DNA of 32,000 bases from Candidatus Saccharimonadota bacterium. Its GTDB lineage: Bacteria > Pseudomonadota > Gammaproteobacteria > Enterobacterales > Enterobacteriaceae. The notes under the pieces are model-generated. The model saw only the letters and a list, made by a program, of their open reading frames with translations. It made no database searches and was not told the origin of the DNA. Every line of letters starts with the position of its first letter. Within the stretch, counting starts at the first letter, position 1. This document shows positions 29,996 through 32,000 of this stretch, piece after piece. A program made the position numbers and the translations under genes. The stretch lies in NCBI RefSeq assembly GCF_000973505.1, contig NZ_CP010048.1:120001-152000 (forward strand), read 5' to 3'.

Positions 29996-30163
29996 AGTAT
30001 GTTACAAATTTGTAAAAAAGAAAATTATCGATATAAAATTTTTACGATTTTTTTAGGTATTTTTATGTTTTATATTTGTTATTGTTATTTATTTTAGACA
30101 TTTATGGTTAGTTATAGTTGTTTTAAGTGTTTTTTGTGATGTGTGTTTTTTTAAGTTTTTATG

Positions 30164-30979
30164 TTATTGGTATATGCATTTTTTTGTGGCATTTGCTAAG
30201 TTACAAAATTGTTCAATATTTAAATTTTCTGCTCGTGATTGTAAGTTGATTCCTTGGTTTTTTAGTTCTTGTGGTTCAAATATTGAACTTAAGCTATTTT
30301 TAATAGTTTTTCGGCGTTGATTAAATGCTATTCTAGTGACTGTATTTAATTTTTGTATATCAGTTTTTGGGTATGGATTGTTGTTTGTATGGTACGGTAC
30401 TAATTTCACCATTCTTGAGTTTACTTGTGGTTTTGGTACAAATGCATGTGATTGAACTTCTAATACACCGGTTATTGAACAGTAATATTGTGAAACAACG
30501 CTTAGTTTTCCGTAATTTTTATTATTGGGAGCGGCCATTAAACGTTTGGCTATTTCTGTTTGTAACATAAGATACATATCTTGAATGATATCAGAATATT
30601 GAAGTAAATGAAATATTATTTTTGTTGCGATATTGTAGGGTAAATTTCCAATTATTCTGATTGGTTGTCCAATGTGATTAGATAGTTCTTTAAAATTTAT
30701 AGTTGTAACATTTTTTTGTATTACATTTATTTTTTTTATGGATAAATTTTTGATTAATCGTTGAGATAGATTTTGATCAATTTCAATTACCGTTAGTTGA
30801 TCGACTAGTTTGATTATTTCTTTAGTTAATGCACCTAATCCTGGGCCAATTTCAACAGTTATTTGTTGTTTTTTTAATTGAATATGATTGATAATAGTAT
30901 TAATAATGTTTTGATCTTTTAAGAAAGTCTGTCCTAGTTTTTTTTTTATTAAATGGTTTTTATAGAAAATTTTTTTCAT
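30164..30979 (-). CDS. rsmA: 16S rRNA (adenine1518/1519-N6)-dimethyltransferase.
   Basis: GQTFL.DQ, EIGPGLGALT (SAM site), GNLPYNI and AFNQRRKT are present. It lies downstream of pdxA, as in E. coli. Confidence 0.95.
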   Translation of the reverse strand: MKKIFYKNHLIKKKLGQTFLKDQNIINTIINHIQLKKQQITVEIGPGLGALTKEIIKLVDQLTVIEIDQNLSQRLIKNLSIKKINVIQKNVTTINFKELSNHIGQPIRIIGNLPYNIATKIIFHLLQYSDIIQDMYLMLQTEIAKRLMAAPNNKNYGKLSVVSQYYCSITGVLEVQSHAFVPKPQVNSRMVKLVPYHTNNNPYPKTDIQKLNTVTRIAFNQRRKTIKNSLSSIFEPQELKNQGINLQSRAENLNIEQFCNLANATKKCIYQ

Positions 30980-31970
30980 GTGATTTATTGATCATTTGAA
31001 TTGCAAGTTTGATGGCCATATTTATACTTCCAGTATTGATGTATTTTGTTCCTGCTAGTTCAATAGCAGTGCCGTGGTCAACAGAAGTACGGATAAAAGG
31101 TAATCCTAAAGTGATATTGGTTGATTTTCCAAAGGATTTAAATTTTAGTATAGGTATTCCTTGATCGTGATACATGACTAATATGGCATCTGCATGTTTT
31201 AGATATTTTTTGATAAAAATTGTATCTATTGGTAGTGGACCAGTCAAGTCATATCCTGTATTACGTAATGTATTTAATGTTGGTATTATGATTTCCTTTT
31301 CTTCTTGTCCGAGGTAACCGTTTTCTCCAGCGTGGGGATTTAATCCAGAGACGATGATTTTTGGTGTTGATATATTAAAGTATTTTTTTAAATTTTTAGC
31401 AAGAATTATAATTGTGTTAGATAATGATTCTTTTGTAATAAATTGTGTTATTTTAGAAATAGGTAGATGTGTAGTCATTAAAGCTATTCGTAGTTGATTA
31501 TCAGTGAACATCATGACCACTTTTTTAGTTTGAGTATAATTAGCAAGAAATTCGGTATGTCCAATGAATGATATACCACTTTCATTTATAGTAGCTTTAT
31601 GAATAGGTCCGGTTACTAATGCTGAAAATTCTCCGTTAAGGCATCCTTGGCAAGCGCGTGTTAATGTGTTAATGACGTATTTACTGTTGTTAATATTTAA
31701 TTTTCCTGGTGTTATTGTGTCTGGAGCGTTGATTGGTAATATTGTTAATTCTCCATTTTTTTTTATATTATTTTTTTTGTTTTGATAGGTATGTAGTTGT
31801 ATAGGTAAATTTAGTTGTTTAGCTCTGTTAATTAATAAATTGGGATCAGCGCAAATAACTATTTCTATTGGCCATTTTTGTTTTTTCTGTGCAATCATAA
31901 TAGTGAGATCTGGTCCTATTCCAGCAGGTTCACCTGGTGTGATTACAATAGGGCGATGGTTATTAGTCAT
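30960..31970 (-). CDS. pdxA: 4-hydroxythreonine-4-phosphate dehydrogenase. Its 3' end overlaps the rsmA start by 20 nt.
   Basis: ITPGEPAGIGPD, GHTEF, GLNPHAGE, YHDQG and RTSVDHGTA are present. Confidence 0.95.
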   Translation of the reverse strand: MTNNHRPIVITPGEPAGIGPDLTIMIAQKKQKWPIEIVICADPNLLINRAKQLNLPIQLHTYQNKKNNIKKNGELTILPINAPDTITPGKLNINNSKYVINTLTRACQGCLNGEFSALVTGPIHKATINESGISFIGHTEFLANYTQTKKVVMMFTDNQLRIALMTTHLPISKITQFITKESLSNTIIILAKNLKKYFNISTPKIIVSGLNPHAGENGYLGQEEKEIIIPTLNTLRNTGYDLTGPLPIDTIFIKKYLKHADAILVMYHDQGIPILKFKSFGKSTNITLGLPFIRTSVDHGTAIELAGTKYINTGSINMAIKLAIQMINKSHEKNFL

Positions 31971-32000
31971 TGTTTTCGTTAAAAATTTTAATATAAGATG
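31963..32000 (-). CDS. surA: The last 12 codons of periplasmic chaperone/PPIase SurA. The rest lies outside the window. It overlaps the pdxA start by 8 nt.
   Basis: The minus-strand frame reads SYIKIFNENND*. As I recall it, the E. coli SurA C-terminus is ...SAYVKILSN. surA precedes pdxA in E. coli. Confidence 0.5.
   Translation of the reverse strand, partial: SYIKIFNENND

Noticed and set aside
1-32000. A search for tRNA, rRNA, tmRNA, RNase P RNA, 4.5S RNA, CRISPR repeats, IS ends and integrase or transposase genes.
   Set aside because: No T-loop GGTTCGAAT-type motif occurs outside coding sequence. There are no conserved RNase P or tmRNA cores, no regularly spaced direct repeats, and no ORF with mobile-element or defence-system motifs.

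Overview
This window is very AT-rich and strongly strand-skewed, with G>C and T>A on the + strand by eye. It looks like part of a reduced gammaproteobacterial (Enterobacterales-derived) genome, most likely an insect endosymbiont. Blochmannia-like is my best guess from composition and gene order, but I cannot verify that here. I call 23 apparently intact housekeeping or biosynthetic genes, in blocks that follow E. coli order. They are infB (5' partial)-rbfA-truB-rpsO-pnp-deaD, thrABC, dnaKJ, rpsT(-)/ribF-ileS-lspA, dapB-carAB, folA, and apaH-rsmA(ksgA)-pdxA-surA (3' tip only) on the minus strand. The standard genetic code applies: TGA is used as a stop and TGG as Trp. I see no tRNA or rRNA genes, CRISPR arrays, IS elements, phage genes, or defence or toxin genes. 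I found no convincing novel multi-gene system. The only DNA not explained by conserved genes is two large, ultra-AT-rich spacers, deaD|thrA (1.24 kb) and lspA|dapB (0.79 kb), plus several shorter leaders. The most interesting small-scale signal is a GC-containing anti-SD/SD hairpin followed by a 6-codon mini-ORF that abuts the dapB start. Other points of note are a well-preserved sigma-32-type promoter in front of dnaK, loss of the thr leader/attenuator, an in-frame A10 tract in rsmA, and extreme compaction relative to the E. coli map. All other ORF-track entries lie inside the called genes, antisense or in another frame, and I treat them as composition artefacts.
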